The notes under the pieces are model-generated. The model saw nothing but the letters and a program-made list of their open reading frames with translations. It searched no databases and had not been told where the DNA came from. Shown here piece by piece: positions 40,773 to 51,940 of a DNA stretch of 64,000 nt. Every line of letters starts with the position of its first letter. Position 1 is the first letter of the stretch. Source of the DNA: Selaginella moellendorffii. Lineage: Eukaryota; Plantae; Lycopodiophyta. The DNA lies in assembly GCF_000143415.4 (NCBI RefSeq), contig NW_003314355.1:639410-703409 (forward strand). Reading direction: 5' to 3'. A program made the position numbers and the translations under genes.

Positions 40773-41920
40773 TGTAAGGAACCAACTCGCCGAGGTGTCG
40801 TAGGCTAAGGGAACCCCGAAAGCATGACCAAAATGACAAAGAGTTCATCGGATGGGACCAAGTCAAAGATCGAGTCCAAGACCGACTCTAGGACCGAGTT
40901 CGAGATCGAGTCCGGAATCGAGTCCGAGACCGACTCGGGGACCGAGTTCGAGTCCGAGTTCGAGACCGAGTTCGAGACGGAGTCCGAGATCCGAAATCGG
41001 GTCCGAGACCGAGTCCGAAGTCGAGTCCGAGGTCGGGCCCGAGATCGGGTCCGAGATCGAGTCCGCGATCGAGTCCGAGACCGAATCCGAAGTCGGATCC
41101 GAAATCGGATCCGAGATCGAGCCAGAGACTAAGTCCAAATACTAATACGGGTCAAGGGGTGAAAGCCCAAAGCGTGCGTCCCCCAGGGGGGGGGGGCTGC
41201 AGGGGGTTCCAAAAGTATAGTAGGGATAGTGAGGTCCAGGAACCAGTTTTGAAGGGACTCTCCAGTTGGGCTTCCAAACCGACTTGAGGTTGGGACTGGG
41301 ACTAAGGGGCCTTGGGTGGGAGTGAGCATGGACTTGGCTGGTGCCGGAGGGGCCATCCAAGGAAGTGCTCAAGAGCAGCTCCCACTCCCGAAAGGGAAAC
41401 CGATTGCGGTGCTCCCGGCTCATGTGGAGTGGTGCCCCACTTGAGTACCATGCGGCTCATTGGTCCTCGCCCTTCCAAGGGGCTTGGGCCTTCCTTCGGG
41501 ATGGAAGTGGGGGGCGAGAGGTACCCATACCGGGCCGTTAGGCCACGGTGTTTCGCCCCGGCGTCCCGAAGCAAGTGTTGCACTCAAGACTTGGGATTTA
41601 GAGGGTCCCATGATCAAGTCTTGTGGTACCAAGGGATGTTAGGAACCTGGAAGCTTGGTGTGCTTGGCTGCTTGTGCTTGCGGGGAGTGTAGCCGAACCT
41701 TAAGTCCAGTCTAACCCGGGGAGGGGGATTGGGAGTGATTTGGGAATCCGTGGAAGGATGGCTAACACTCCGTTGCTCGTGCAGTGAGTAGCTGAAACCA
41801 AGTAGGAGCTGGTACCATAGGCGAGAACCTTGGCAAGGGAACTTAGCAAAAGCCAAGGCAGTGTTGGACGGATAGACGAGGTAAGCTGGCAAATTGGAAA
41901 GGAAAAAATTGTGGCTTACA
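40773..41920 (+). repeat. 5' LTR
   Basis: TGTAAGG...CTTACA; matches 47159-48306 except one G/A difference seen by eye. Confidence 0.97.
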
Positions 41921-41979
41921 ATTTGGTATCGGAGCCTTTTCCTCAGTTCTAGCGAAGGATAGAGGCGGATTGCTGGGAG

Positions 41980-44900
41980 ATGGCAAGGGCAGGGCGTAAG
42001 CGAACCCAGGCGGAGACGGAACCTCCGCCAGAGCTGGAGCCTCCGGTCGAACAAGAGGCTATGGATGAGGAATCCTTGCATGAGGAGGACTCCAGTGAGG
42101 AAACCTCCAAACAGGAGTCCGGTGGCGAGGTTCGGTCGTCCAAGGCTCGATTGGACGTGCTAGAAGGACAGTTGGCACAGACCAATGCCCTGCTGGAAAC
42201 TCTCGTACGCAAGCTAAAGCGTGACGAGAGGCGGAAGAAAAAGAAAAAGACTGCGGATGCTGGCAGCGCAGAAGGTGCGGATCTTTCGGCCGGGACTGAG
42301 GCAAAACCAGACAAGGTCGAACAGACCGAAGTGGAATCAGTCCCTCAGGCAGTTCCCAAGTACAAACCAAAGCCCCCACCGGTCTTCAAGGGAGTGAATG
42401 ACTATAAGGTGGTGGAGGATTGGTTTTACGATATGGAGGACTACTTCCGAGCGTTGCGGTTACCAAGCTCGGAGAAGGTCCCATGTGCAAAACCATACTT
42501 GGCAGATAATGCCAAGTCTTGGTGGAGAACAACGGAGGCCAACGAAGGACCGGTGGTCACTTGGGACATGATGAAGGCGAGGATCCGCGCAACATATGTT
42601 CCTCCGAATGCCACTCTGCATCTGAGGGATGAACTGAGTAGGCTGAAACAGACAGGAACCATCCAGGAATATGTGAATGGGTTCATGGCAAAGAGGATAC
42701 TTGTCACGGACATGGGGGATATGGATGCGTTCCATGCCTTCATATCAGGTTTGCAAACCTGGGCTCGCGGCGAGGTGATGAGGTGGAACCCGACCAACTA
42801 CAAGGAAGCGTTGGATGCGGCCATCAAGGTGCATTTCAACGATAACCTGCGAAAGGGGAACACGATGGGGTCGGGATCCACATTTAGCAAAGGGGCCAAA
42901 CCAAGGGGAACGTATAGCAAGGGGAAATTCAAAAGGAGTTTCTCTAAGAATGAGTCCTCGGGGTTCCGGAAAGGCAAATCCGGTGGCCAGCGAGCGAGTA
43001 CGTGGGGGAGTCAAGCGAAAAAGGACAAACCCACGGATAAGAAGGTCAAGTCGTATAGCAGCGTGGGAAACAACGTATGCTACAACTGCGGCGAAGCGGG
43101 ACACTTCTCGAGGGAATGTCCCTACCCGAAGAAGGCCAGAGCCAATATGGCCATCAAGTCGGGTGAAGTCCAAACTGAGGTATGTGATCCAGTCCCTAAC
43201 TCAAAGTTACTCATTACACGAGCAACTTTGGTAGAGAGTCGTTCGCGACATCTACTAGCCCTCCGAGGGAAGCTCGGAGGTAGCTTTGTTAAGATCCTTA
43301 TTGACACGGGTGCTTCGGATAATTTTGTGGCTGCAGACATAGTCCGGCAAGCCGGACTAACGGTGCAGCGGCTAGGCGAACCAAGGACTATAGAGTTTGT
43401 TCAGGGTAGCCAAAGCACCGATGAGGTACTTCGACAAGCGAGAGTCGAAGTGGGGACATGGAAAGTGGACATGGATTTCACCGTCTTGGATATGGCGGGA
43501 TTTGACGTGATCTTCGGAATGGATTGGTTTAATCGGTTCGTGGTAGCCCTGCATGGACAAGGTAGGAACCTTGTGGTATTGGCGAATGCCCAAGGAAGAA
43601 GATCTAGGGTGGAGGCCCAGGATCTAAAGGTAGGGCAAAGCAAGGCCAAAGAGTCATGCTTGAACCTGGTGTCCACGAGAGGACAACTCACTAAAGGAAC
43701 TAAGGCAGCCTTTTTGTGCTTACTCTCGGTGAAGAGTGACAAAAAGACAAGAACGGAAGAAGTGCCTTTAGTGATCCAGCGAGTGTTGGACCAATTCCAG
43801 GATACCATGCCGGAGGAGCTACCGGCGGGGTTGCCCCCCGCACGACCGATAGAACATAAGATTGAGCTTGTCGAGGGCGCTGAGGCGGTGGTTCGTCCCC
43901 CCTATCGTTTGAACGAAAAAGAACTCAAGGAGCTCAAGTGCCAACTAGAGGAGTTGGTGGGCAAAGGGTATGTTAGGTTGAGCAAGTCGCCGTATGGGGC
44001 GCCGGTATTATTTGTGAAAAAGAAAGATGGATCTATGCGCATGTGCATAGATTACCGGTTGCTCAACAAGTATACCAAGAAGAACAAGTACCCGTTGCCA
44101 AGGATTGAGGACCTGTTCGATAGGTTGGGAAAGGCAAAATACTTCTCGAGGATTGACCTAAGGTCAGGATACTACCAGATCAGGGTAGCCGAGGAAGACG
44201 TTGAGAAGACAACCTGTCGAACGAGGTATGGGAGCTTTGAGTTTTTGGTGATGCCCTTTGGGCTGTGCAATGCGCCGGCAACGTTTTCGGCGTTGATGAA
44301 CCACGTCTTTGTACCCTATCTGGATCACTTTGTGGTCGTCTATATTGACGACATCCTGATCTATAGCGAGACGCTAGAGGAGCATGCCGAACACTTGGCG
44401 AAGGTGTTTGAGAAACTAAGGGAACATAAACTGTATGCTAAAGAGAGCAAATGTGACTTTGCTCAGCAAGAGGTAAAGTTTCTCGGGCATGTGGTGGGCC
44501 AGGACGGGCTCAAGGTGGACCCGGAGAAGGTCCAAGCGATCCAGGAATGGGAGCGACCATCGAATGTACATGAGTTGAGGGCGTTCTTGGGGCTATGCAA
44601 CTACTATCGAAAGTTTATCAGACACTATTCGAGAGTAGCCCTACCCTTAACGGATCAAACGGGAAAAGGGAAGATGGTATGGACAGCGGAATGCGAGGCG
44701 GCATTCGTCCACCTCAAAGGGAAGTTGAGGAAGGCTTCGGTGTTGGCATTACCGGACTTTAGTAAGGACTTTGAGGTAGACACGGATGCTTCGGACTTTG
44801 CGTTAGGCGCAGTTTTGAAGCAAGACAACCATCCAGTAGCGTTCTTCTCGAAGAAGCTGGACAAGGCTCAACGGAAGTGGCTTGCCCACGAGAAGGAATT

Positions 44901-46752
44901 GTTTGCGGTGGTCAAGGCGCTCAAGGAGTGGCGACACTACCTTGGGAGACACTTCAAGGTTTACACGGACAATGTGGCAACGAAACACTTCTTGTCACAA
45001 CCCGACCTGAGAGGGAAACAAGGTCGGTGGGCCAATGCCTTGGCCGAGTTTGATTGCGAGATTCTGTACAAGCCTGGGAAGAGCAACATCGTGGCAGATG
45101 CGCTAAGTCGAAAAGCGAGCTTGAGGTTGGCGATCTCCAGCGCAACAGCAACCTTCTGGGACGATGTGCGGACAGCATATGAGAACGATGGTCTAGCACA
45201 AGAAGTGTTGTTGAGGAATCTAGAGGCACGGGAAGCTCACCAGAGAGGTGAGCCGCCAACGGAAGAGAAAACGGGCTATGCGGAACGCAATGGACTCATT
45301 TATTACAAGCAAACGAGGGTGTATGTTCCAGAAGGTGGACTAAGGAAGGTAGCCTTAGAAGAGTGTCATGACGGACCTCTTGCGGGACACGGCGGAGTGC
45401 CCAGGACGATGGGCTTACTCAAGAGGAAGTACCATTGGCCAGATATGGCTAAGGACGTCCAAGACTATGTAAAGACATGTCCAACATGTCAGCAGGTCAA
45501 AGCCGTGACTAAGGCTAGTGGGGGCTTGTTGCAAAGCATCCCCATTCCAGATCGTCCGTGGAAATGTCTCACGATGGACTTCATCACGGGACTACCCCCA
45601 AGCGAGGGGTTCGATGCGATATTCGTGGTGGTGGACCGATTTTCGAAGATGGCACATTTCATACCCACCACAACGGAGGTGGATGCGGAAGGTGTGGCGA
45701 AACTGTTCTTCGAACAAGTGGTTCGAGTGCGGGGAAGGCCAGAGGAGATTATCTCAGACCGAGATAAGATCTTCACTAGTAGGTTCTGGAGGACCCTCCT
45801 GGAACAGTATCGCACCAAGTTGAAATTCAGCACAGCCTATCACCCACAGACAGGTATGGGGTATTAAGTCAAGTTTGGTGGTCCTAACACTTCTTGACAG
45901 ACGGACAAACGGAAAGGGTGAATAGGCAGCTGGAGGATTATTTGCGATGCTATGTCTCGGGAGACCAGACCGATTGGGTAAGTCATTTGGGACTTGCGGA
46001 AATGTGTTATAACAACTCACCACATTCGAGTATCGGGGTGAGTCCATGGGAAGTCATCAATGGGCGAGCTATTGAAGGTCCTGTGGAACTCGGCGTGGCC
46101 GAGTATCATGGAGAGTTACCCGCAGTGGAGGCATTCACGGCGGAAAGACTCAACATTTGGAATCTAGTGAGGGATTCCTTGGAACGGGCTCAACAAAGGC
46201 AAACCAAGTACGCGAACCTAAAGCGCCGGGACGTAGAGTTCCAAGCTGGGGAGAAGGTGTGGCTGAACACCAAGAACCTTAGGCTACCAAGTGGGATCAG
46301 CCGAAAGTTGACCCAAAGGTAAAAATGCATGTATTCCTGTAAATGAATTGATCTTGAGTTCTTTAAGCAGGTTCGCGGGGCCTTACGAGATTGAGGCACG
46401 AATCGGTAAAGTGGCTTACCGACTCCGACTTCCTCGAGAGATGGGGAAGATGCACCCAGTGTTCCATGTGAACTTACTCAAGCCGTACTTTGAGGATCCG
46501 CTTCGCAAAGACCAAGTAAGACCTTTACCTGAGGTTATCCAAGGGGAAGAGGAATACGAAGTCGAGGCCATCCTCAATGCGCGCAAGAGCAAGCGACAAG
46601 GACGCGAGGTGAGAGAGTTCCATGTGAAGTGGAAAGGATTTCCACACTGCGAAGCAACATGGGAACCGGAGGAGAACCTAGCGAACGCGCGAGATCTAGT
46701 GGAGGAATTTCTGCAAGGCAGAACTCTATGTACTTATGCAAAGTTCAATTAA
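41980..46752 (+). CDS. Gag-Pol polyprotein (Gag, CCHC knuckle, protease, RT, RNase H, integrase, chromodomain); exons 41980-45853, 45901-46318, 46371-46752 give 1557 aa
   Basis: [14 protein letters not shown]; LIDTGAS; YIDD; [13 protein letters not shown]; HHCC zinc finger; TMDF..ISDRD..GQTER (DDE); FAGPY; [10 protein letters not shown]...VKWKGF...ATWEPEENL. One continuous frame only if two GT-AG introns are removed. Confidence 0.9.
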
Positions 46753-47158
46753 AAATATATCAATTTGCAAAGTTGAGCAAGTGGCATATGTTGGGACCCG
46801 AAGGCGCGCCAAAGGTGAGCTAATTAGCATGGGTTAGCTAGGTTGACCAGGCGTAGGGAGCTACGCCCGACTCCCTGCGGGGATGTCGAAACCGTAGACG
46901 TATTCTACGGAGGTTGGGTTCGAGTCCCAACCCCCTAGTAAAGCAAGGCTGGGTTCAAGTCCCGACCCCATACTAGGGCGTGGTGAGGGGTGGAGTATAG
47001 GGACACCTATATTCCGTTGTCATGAGCTCTTGGCCGGGGAGGCTAACTTAGGCACACCGCTAAGTGGGGGGATGCCCCCGGAGACATGGTCAACAAGTCG
47101 TAGGATAAAAAAGAGACGTTCGATGTGGGCATCGAACTTCTTCTATGGGTGGTGGAGT

Positions 47159-48306
47159 TGTAAGGAACCAACTCGCCGAGGTGTCGTAGGCTAAGGGAAC
47201 CCCGAAAGCATGACCAAAATGACAAAGAGTTCATCGGATGGGACCAAGTCAAAGATCGAGTCCAAGACCGACTCTAGGACCGAGTTCGAGATCGAGTCCG
47301 GAATCGAGTCCGAGACCGACTCGGGGACCGAGTTCGAGTCCGAGTTCGAGACCGAGTTCAAGACGGAGTCCGAGATCCGAAATCGGGTCCGAGACCGAGT
47401 CCGAAGTCGAGTCCGAGGTCGGGCCCGAGATCGGGTCCGAGATCGAGTCCGCGATCGAGTCCGAGACCGAATCCGAAGTCGGATCCGAAATCGGATCCGA
47501 GATCGAGCCAGAGACTAAGTCCAAATACTAATACGGGTCAAGGGGTGAAAGCCCAAAGCGTGCGTCCCCCAGGGGGGGGGGGCTGCAGGGGGTTCCAAAA
47601 GTATAGTAGGGATAGTGAGGTCCAGGAACCAGTTTTGAAGGGACTCTCCAGTTGGGCTTCCAAACCGACTTGAGGTTGGGACTGGGACTAAGGGGCCTTG
47701 GGTGGGAGTGAGCATGGACTTGGCTGGTGCCGGAGGGGCCATCCAAGGAAGTGCTCAAGAGCAGCTCCCACTCCCGAAAGGGAAACCGATTGCGGTGCTC
47801 CCGGCTCATGTGGAGTGGTGCCCCACTTGAGTACCATGCGGCTCATTGGTCCTCGCCCTTCCAAGGGGCTTGGGCCTTCCTTCGGGATGGAAGTGGGGGG
47901 CGAGAGGTACCCATACCGGGCCGTTAGGCCACGGTGTTTCGCCCCGGCGTCCCGAAGCAAGTGTTGCACTCAAGACTTGGGATTTAGAGGGTCCCATGAT
48001 CAAGTCTTGTGGTACCAAGGGATGTTAGGAACCTGGAAGCTTGGTGTGCTTGGCTGCTTGTGCTTGCGGGGAGTGTAGCCGAACCTTAAGTCCAGTCTAA
48101 CCCGGGGAGGGGGATTGGGAGTGATTTGGGAATCCGTGGAAGGATGGCTAACACTCCGTTGCTCGTGCAGTGAGTAGCTGAAACCAAGTAGGAGCTGGTA
48201 CCATAGGCGAGAACCTTGGCAAGGGAACTTAGCAAAAGCCAAGGCAGTGTTGGACGGATAGACGAGGTAAGCTGGCAAATTGGAAAGGAAAAAATTGTGG
48301 CTTACA
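47159..48306 (+). repeat. 3' LTR
   Basis: TGTAAGG...CTTACA followed by TSD ATCCG. Confidence 0.97.
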
Positions 48307-49714
48307 ATCCGAGTACGACACATAAACAAGATTAGGAATCTAAATTTGGACAAGGTCAGATGCCTTATATTGTTCACAAAATTCCTATGGTGGAAATGTT
48401 GGAAATTCTTAGTAGTCAGGTGCAATGTAGTGAATACTGATCTGGCATTGATGTGGAAGGTCATGAGTTGGTGAGGTAGCCTAATGATGGCACTTCTTTG
48501 GGGGGATAAGGAGGAGTTTTAGGGAGGCTTGAGGGTGGATCTTGGAGGAGACAAGATTGTCCTCCTCACTTAGTTTTTTCAGCTCCTAGACTCCTCATAG
48601 GCTTTGTTGTAATATCCAGCACATTTTACTAGGGAATCCCATTTTTCATGGCATGATTGGTTCACCATTCCCCCCAAGAATGGGTGACCCGGGCGTTAGC
48701 CTAGCAAGTGCATCTGGTGGGGTGGGCGAGCCTGAACTGTCTTAATGGGCACATGGTCATCCTGTTCCAAGGTCATCCTGAGAACTGAGACTATTTGAAA
48801 GAGACATAGGCCCCAGATCTAAAAGCTTAATGTCTATGTAGCTCAGTTGGAGTTATGCTGCTTCATCTTCGATAGCTCTTTCACCTATGCCAGGAAATCC
48901 CCAGTGCAGCCTAAAAACAAACAAACAATCAGCAATGAGTAATTAGAGAAGTCACCAGCTGTCAATATGCCCTTAGCTTGCATGGCTGCAGCAAGCAACT
49001 TCATGTTCCTATACTTGTCAGGATCCATTCTAGCTGAGATAGCAATGGCATTGAGTTGTGGCTCTCTGAGATTCTTGAGTTCTGTGGGCGACAGTCACAC
49101 TGCTGCAGCCGCTGCAGACACATCAGGCGATGGTCGAACTGGCAGACAGCTAGCAAGTGCTGATGGAGCTGGTGGAACTGGCAGACAGCCAGCAACTGTG
49201 GCATAGCATTCCTCCCTTTTGAGTGCAATGTCGCACAAGAGATTGAGTTCCTTGGTCGGCAGCAACGCATCCAGGGCATCATCAAAGGACCTGATGTGCA
49301 GCGTATATGGCAGGACACCGAAGCATGCTCCACTACAATGCTGAGTAATACTGCCACCCTTGGGAGCTTCATCTTTGCTCGTCAGGCATATAAAGGCGAA
49401 GTGCAGCTTCCATTCCTTCAAGCCCGAGGGGATCCACTAGTTGATCATTTGGATGCTCATAAACCTGTCCGCAGAATGCAAGTGCTTGTCTAAGCTGGTG
49501 GTGACCTGCAGCGCCACCAAATGAAGCTGGCCAGCCATGTCCCTGTATACTACAGCCAGTCAATGTCTCCAAAGTTGAACTTGGTGGGGAAGAACACAAT
49601 GCCGTAGCCATGAGTAGGCAGCTCCTTCAACAGGTTTGGAGCAGTCCTGAAGCATTCAGCTTTCAGTTTGGACAAATCCAAGTAAGGAGCAATCCTTATT
49701 CCCAGCCTGGATAC

Positions 49715-51940
49715 CATTGTTGGTCCCGACCGCGTTCGGCCGGAACCCCGACCACTACCAGACAGCTCCGTTTGGTGATTCTGTTCAGCGATTATAATGG
49801 TGATTGTGCTCGCAGGGGCTAGATTTCCGATGCTGCTGCAACTATCACCATCACCACTGCATCTCCACCACTTTGCTGTCCTCTTGCTGCTATGGAGCGA
49901 TCTATAGCTCTACAGGGCGACACTCTCCAGTTGGTTGGCCTCCACTTTCGATTGAGTGTAGAGCAGCTCGCTAAGGCCTTGCAAATCACTCAGTCCGCGA
50001 CACTTGAATTGTAATTTTTGCCCTAAAATTCCAGTGATTTCAGAGATTTGTTTCTAGCGATTCTAGCGATTCTAGCACAATTGAGCAATGGTGCCTAATT
50101 GGGCATGGTCCTATGTTACCAAGTTCACTCCTTATGCTTCCGGCAAAAGAGTTGGGTGTTGGAAATGTAATTATTGTGGAAAAATGTATGGTGGTCCATC
50201 GAAACAAATCAAGGCGCATCTTGTTAAAATTTCTGGGCATGACATTGAAACATGTAGTGCTTCAAACATTCCTCTTCATGTTCAAAACCAAACTCGCCAA
50301 ATGTTTATGGAACAAATCGCAAATGCCCCTTTATCTTTACCTTCTACAGCAAATCTACAGAGTGAGCATTTTGATGGGGCATCTACTTCTGGAGCTGGTA
50401 CACAAAGTGTTAGTCAATTTCAACTTATGAGTGTTTCTAAAGGCCATGAGGGATCATTTGTTAGTCAAAAGCAAATGCAAGATGGCAACATTGGGGAAAT
50501 GCTTGATGATGCAAGAAACATGAACTTAGATGATGCGATATCAAAGTTCATTTTCTTGAATGCCATACCATTTAATGTTGTGAAAAGCCCATATTTTCAT
50601 GTGATGATCGCAACTACTTATAATGTTAGACCTAGTGCTGCATTGAGGATTTTTGGTTACAAGAAGTTTCATATCACTCAACTCTGTCATCACTATACTC
50701 TAATCAAGGAGAAGCTAGCTATTGTGGACTATTGTGAAGTGGTGATGAAGGAACCAATTACCAATTGGGCAGAAATAAGCTGGATATGCAAGCAACTTTG
50801 CACGGACGTGGTATCTCCTTGATTAGAATATATTGACAAGTGAGCTGAGTAGTATGAAGCTTCTTGTAACCAAGAATCCTCGATGCAGCACTAGGTCAGA
50901 CATTACAAGTGGCTACGATCATCAAACGAAAATATGGGTTTTTCACAACATTAAATGGTATGGTATTCAATAAAATGAACTTTGATATCGCATCATCTAA
51001 GTTCATGTTTCTTGCATCATCAAGCATTTCCCCAATGTTGCCATCTTGCCTTTGCTTTTGACCAACAGATGATCCCTCATGGTTTATAGAAGCACTTAGG
51101 TTGAGATTGACTAGCACTTTGTGTACCAACTCCAGAAGCAGATGCCCCATCAAAATGCCTACTCTGTAGATTTGCTGTAGAAGGTAAAGATAAAGGGGCA
51201 TTTATGATTTGTTCCACAAACATTTGGCAAGTTTGGTTTTGAACATGAAGAGGAACGTTTGAAGCACTACATGCTTTAATGTTATGCCCAGAAATTTTAG
51301 CAAGATGCACCTTAATTCGTTTCGACGGACCACCATATATTTTTTCACAATAATTACATTTCCAATGCCTAGCTCCTTTGCTAGAAGCATAAAGAGTGAG
51401 CTTGGTAACATGGGACCATGCCCAATCAGGTGCCATTGCTCAATTGTGCTAGAATCGCTAGAATCGCTAGAAACAAATCTCTGAAATCACTAGAATCGTA
51501 ATTTCCATTTTAGGGCAAAAATTACAGTTCAAGTGTCGCAGACTAAGTGATTTGCAAGGCCTCAACGAGCTGCTCTACACTCAATCGAAAGCGGAGGCCA
51601 ACCAACTGGAGAGTGTTGCCTTGTAGAGCTTGGTATGCACGCAGCTCCTATAGGCTATAGCCATCTTGGTCAGATTTGATGTAAGCTTGCTGGGCTGGGC
51701 ATTTGTGCATGGATGGATCGCTCCATAGCAGCAGGAGAACAGTAAAGTGGTGGAGATGCAGTGGCGATGGTGATAGCCGCAGCAGCATCAGAAATCTAGC
51801 CCTTGTGAGCGTGATTGCCATTATAATCACCAAACAGAATCACCAAACAGAATCACCAAACAGAGCTATTCGACCGCATTCGGCTGACTGCATTTGGTGG
51901 CAGTCGGGATTCCAGCCAAATGTGGTTAGGACCAACAATG
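49715..51940. mobile_element. Foldback of two truncated hAT-like transposon 5' halves (BED finger + DUF659-like start)
   Basis: Arms ~49715-50711 and ~50814-51940 are diverged reverse complements. Each encodes WAWSYV...WKCNYC...IKAHL...C and DAISKFIFLNAIPFNVVKSPYF. Confidence 0.8.

Larger units (their letters stand above)
40773..48306 (+). mobile_element. Young full-length Ty3/gypsy chromovirus LTR retrotransposon
   Basis: TG...CA LTRs at 40773-41920 and 47159-48306 (1148 bp each). 5-bp TSD ATCCG on both flanks. PBS TGGTATCGGAGC (tRNA-iMet type) after the 5' LTR; purine-rich tract before the 3' LTR. Confidence 0.97.

Noticed and set aside
40860-41135. CRISPR-like array
   Set aside because: No constant repeat with unique spacers, eukaryotic context, and no cas genes.
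40824-41145. ORFs with RD, SE and SD repeats (also 47210-47531)
   Set aside because: They are translations of the LTR hexamer array, open in several frames on both strands; no evidence of coding function.
46718-46790. Possible fourth (GC-AG) intron after the chromodomain
   Set aside because: AT-rich, but the donor AG|GCAGAA is weak, no clear acceptor is present, and no conserved motif is restored by splicing.
46860-46910. Hammerhead ribozyme in the retroelement 3' UTR
   Set aside because: GAAAC is present but the CTGANGA core is not.
48310-49700. Coding-like sequence flanking the chromovirus (with 40000-40770)
   Set aside because: Broken frames with no recognisable domain; cannot be classified without a search.
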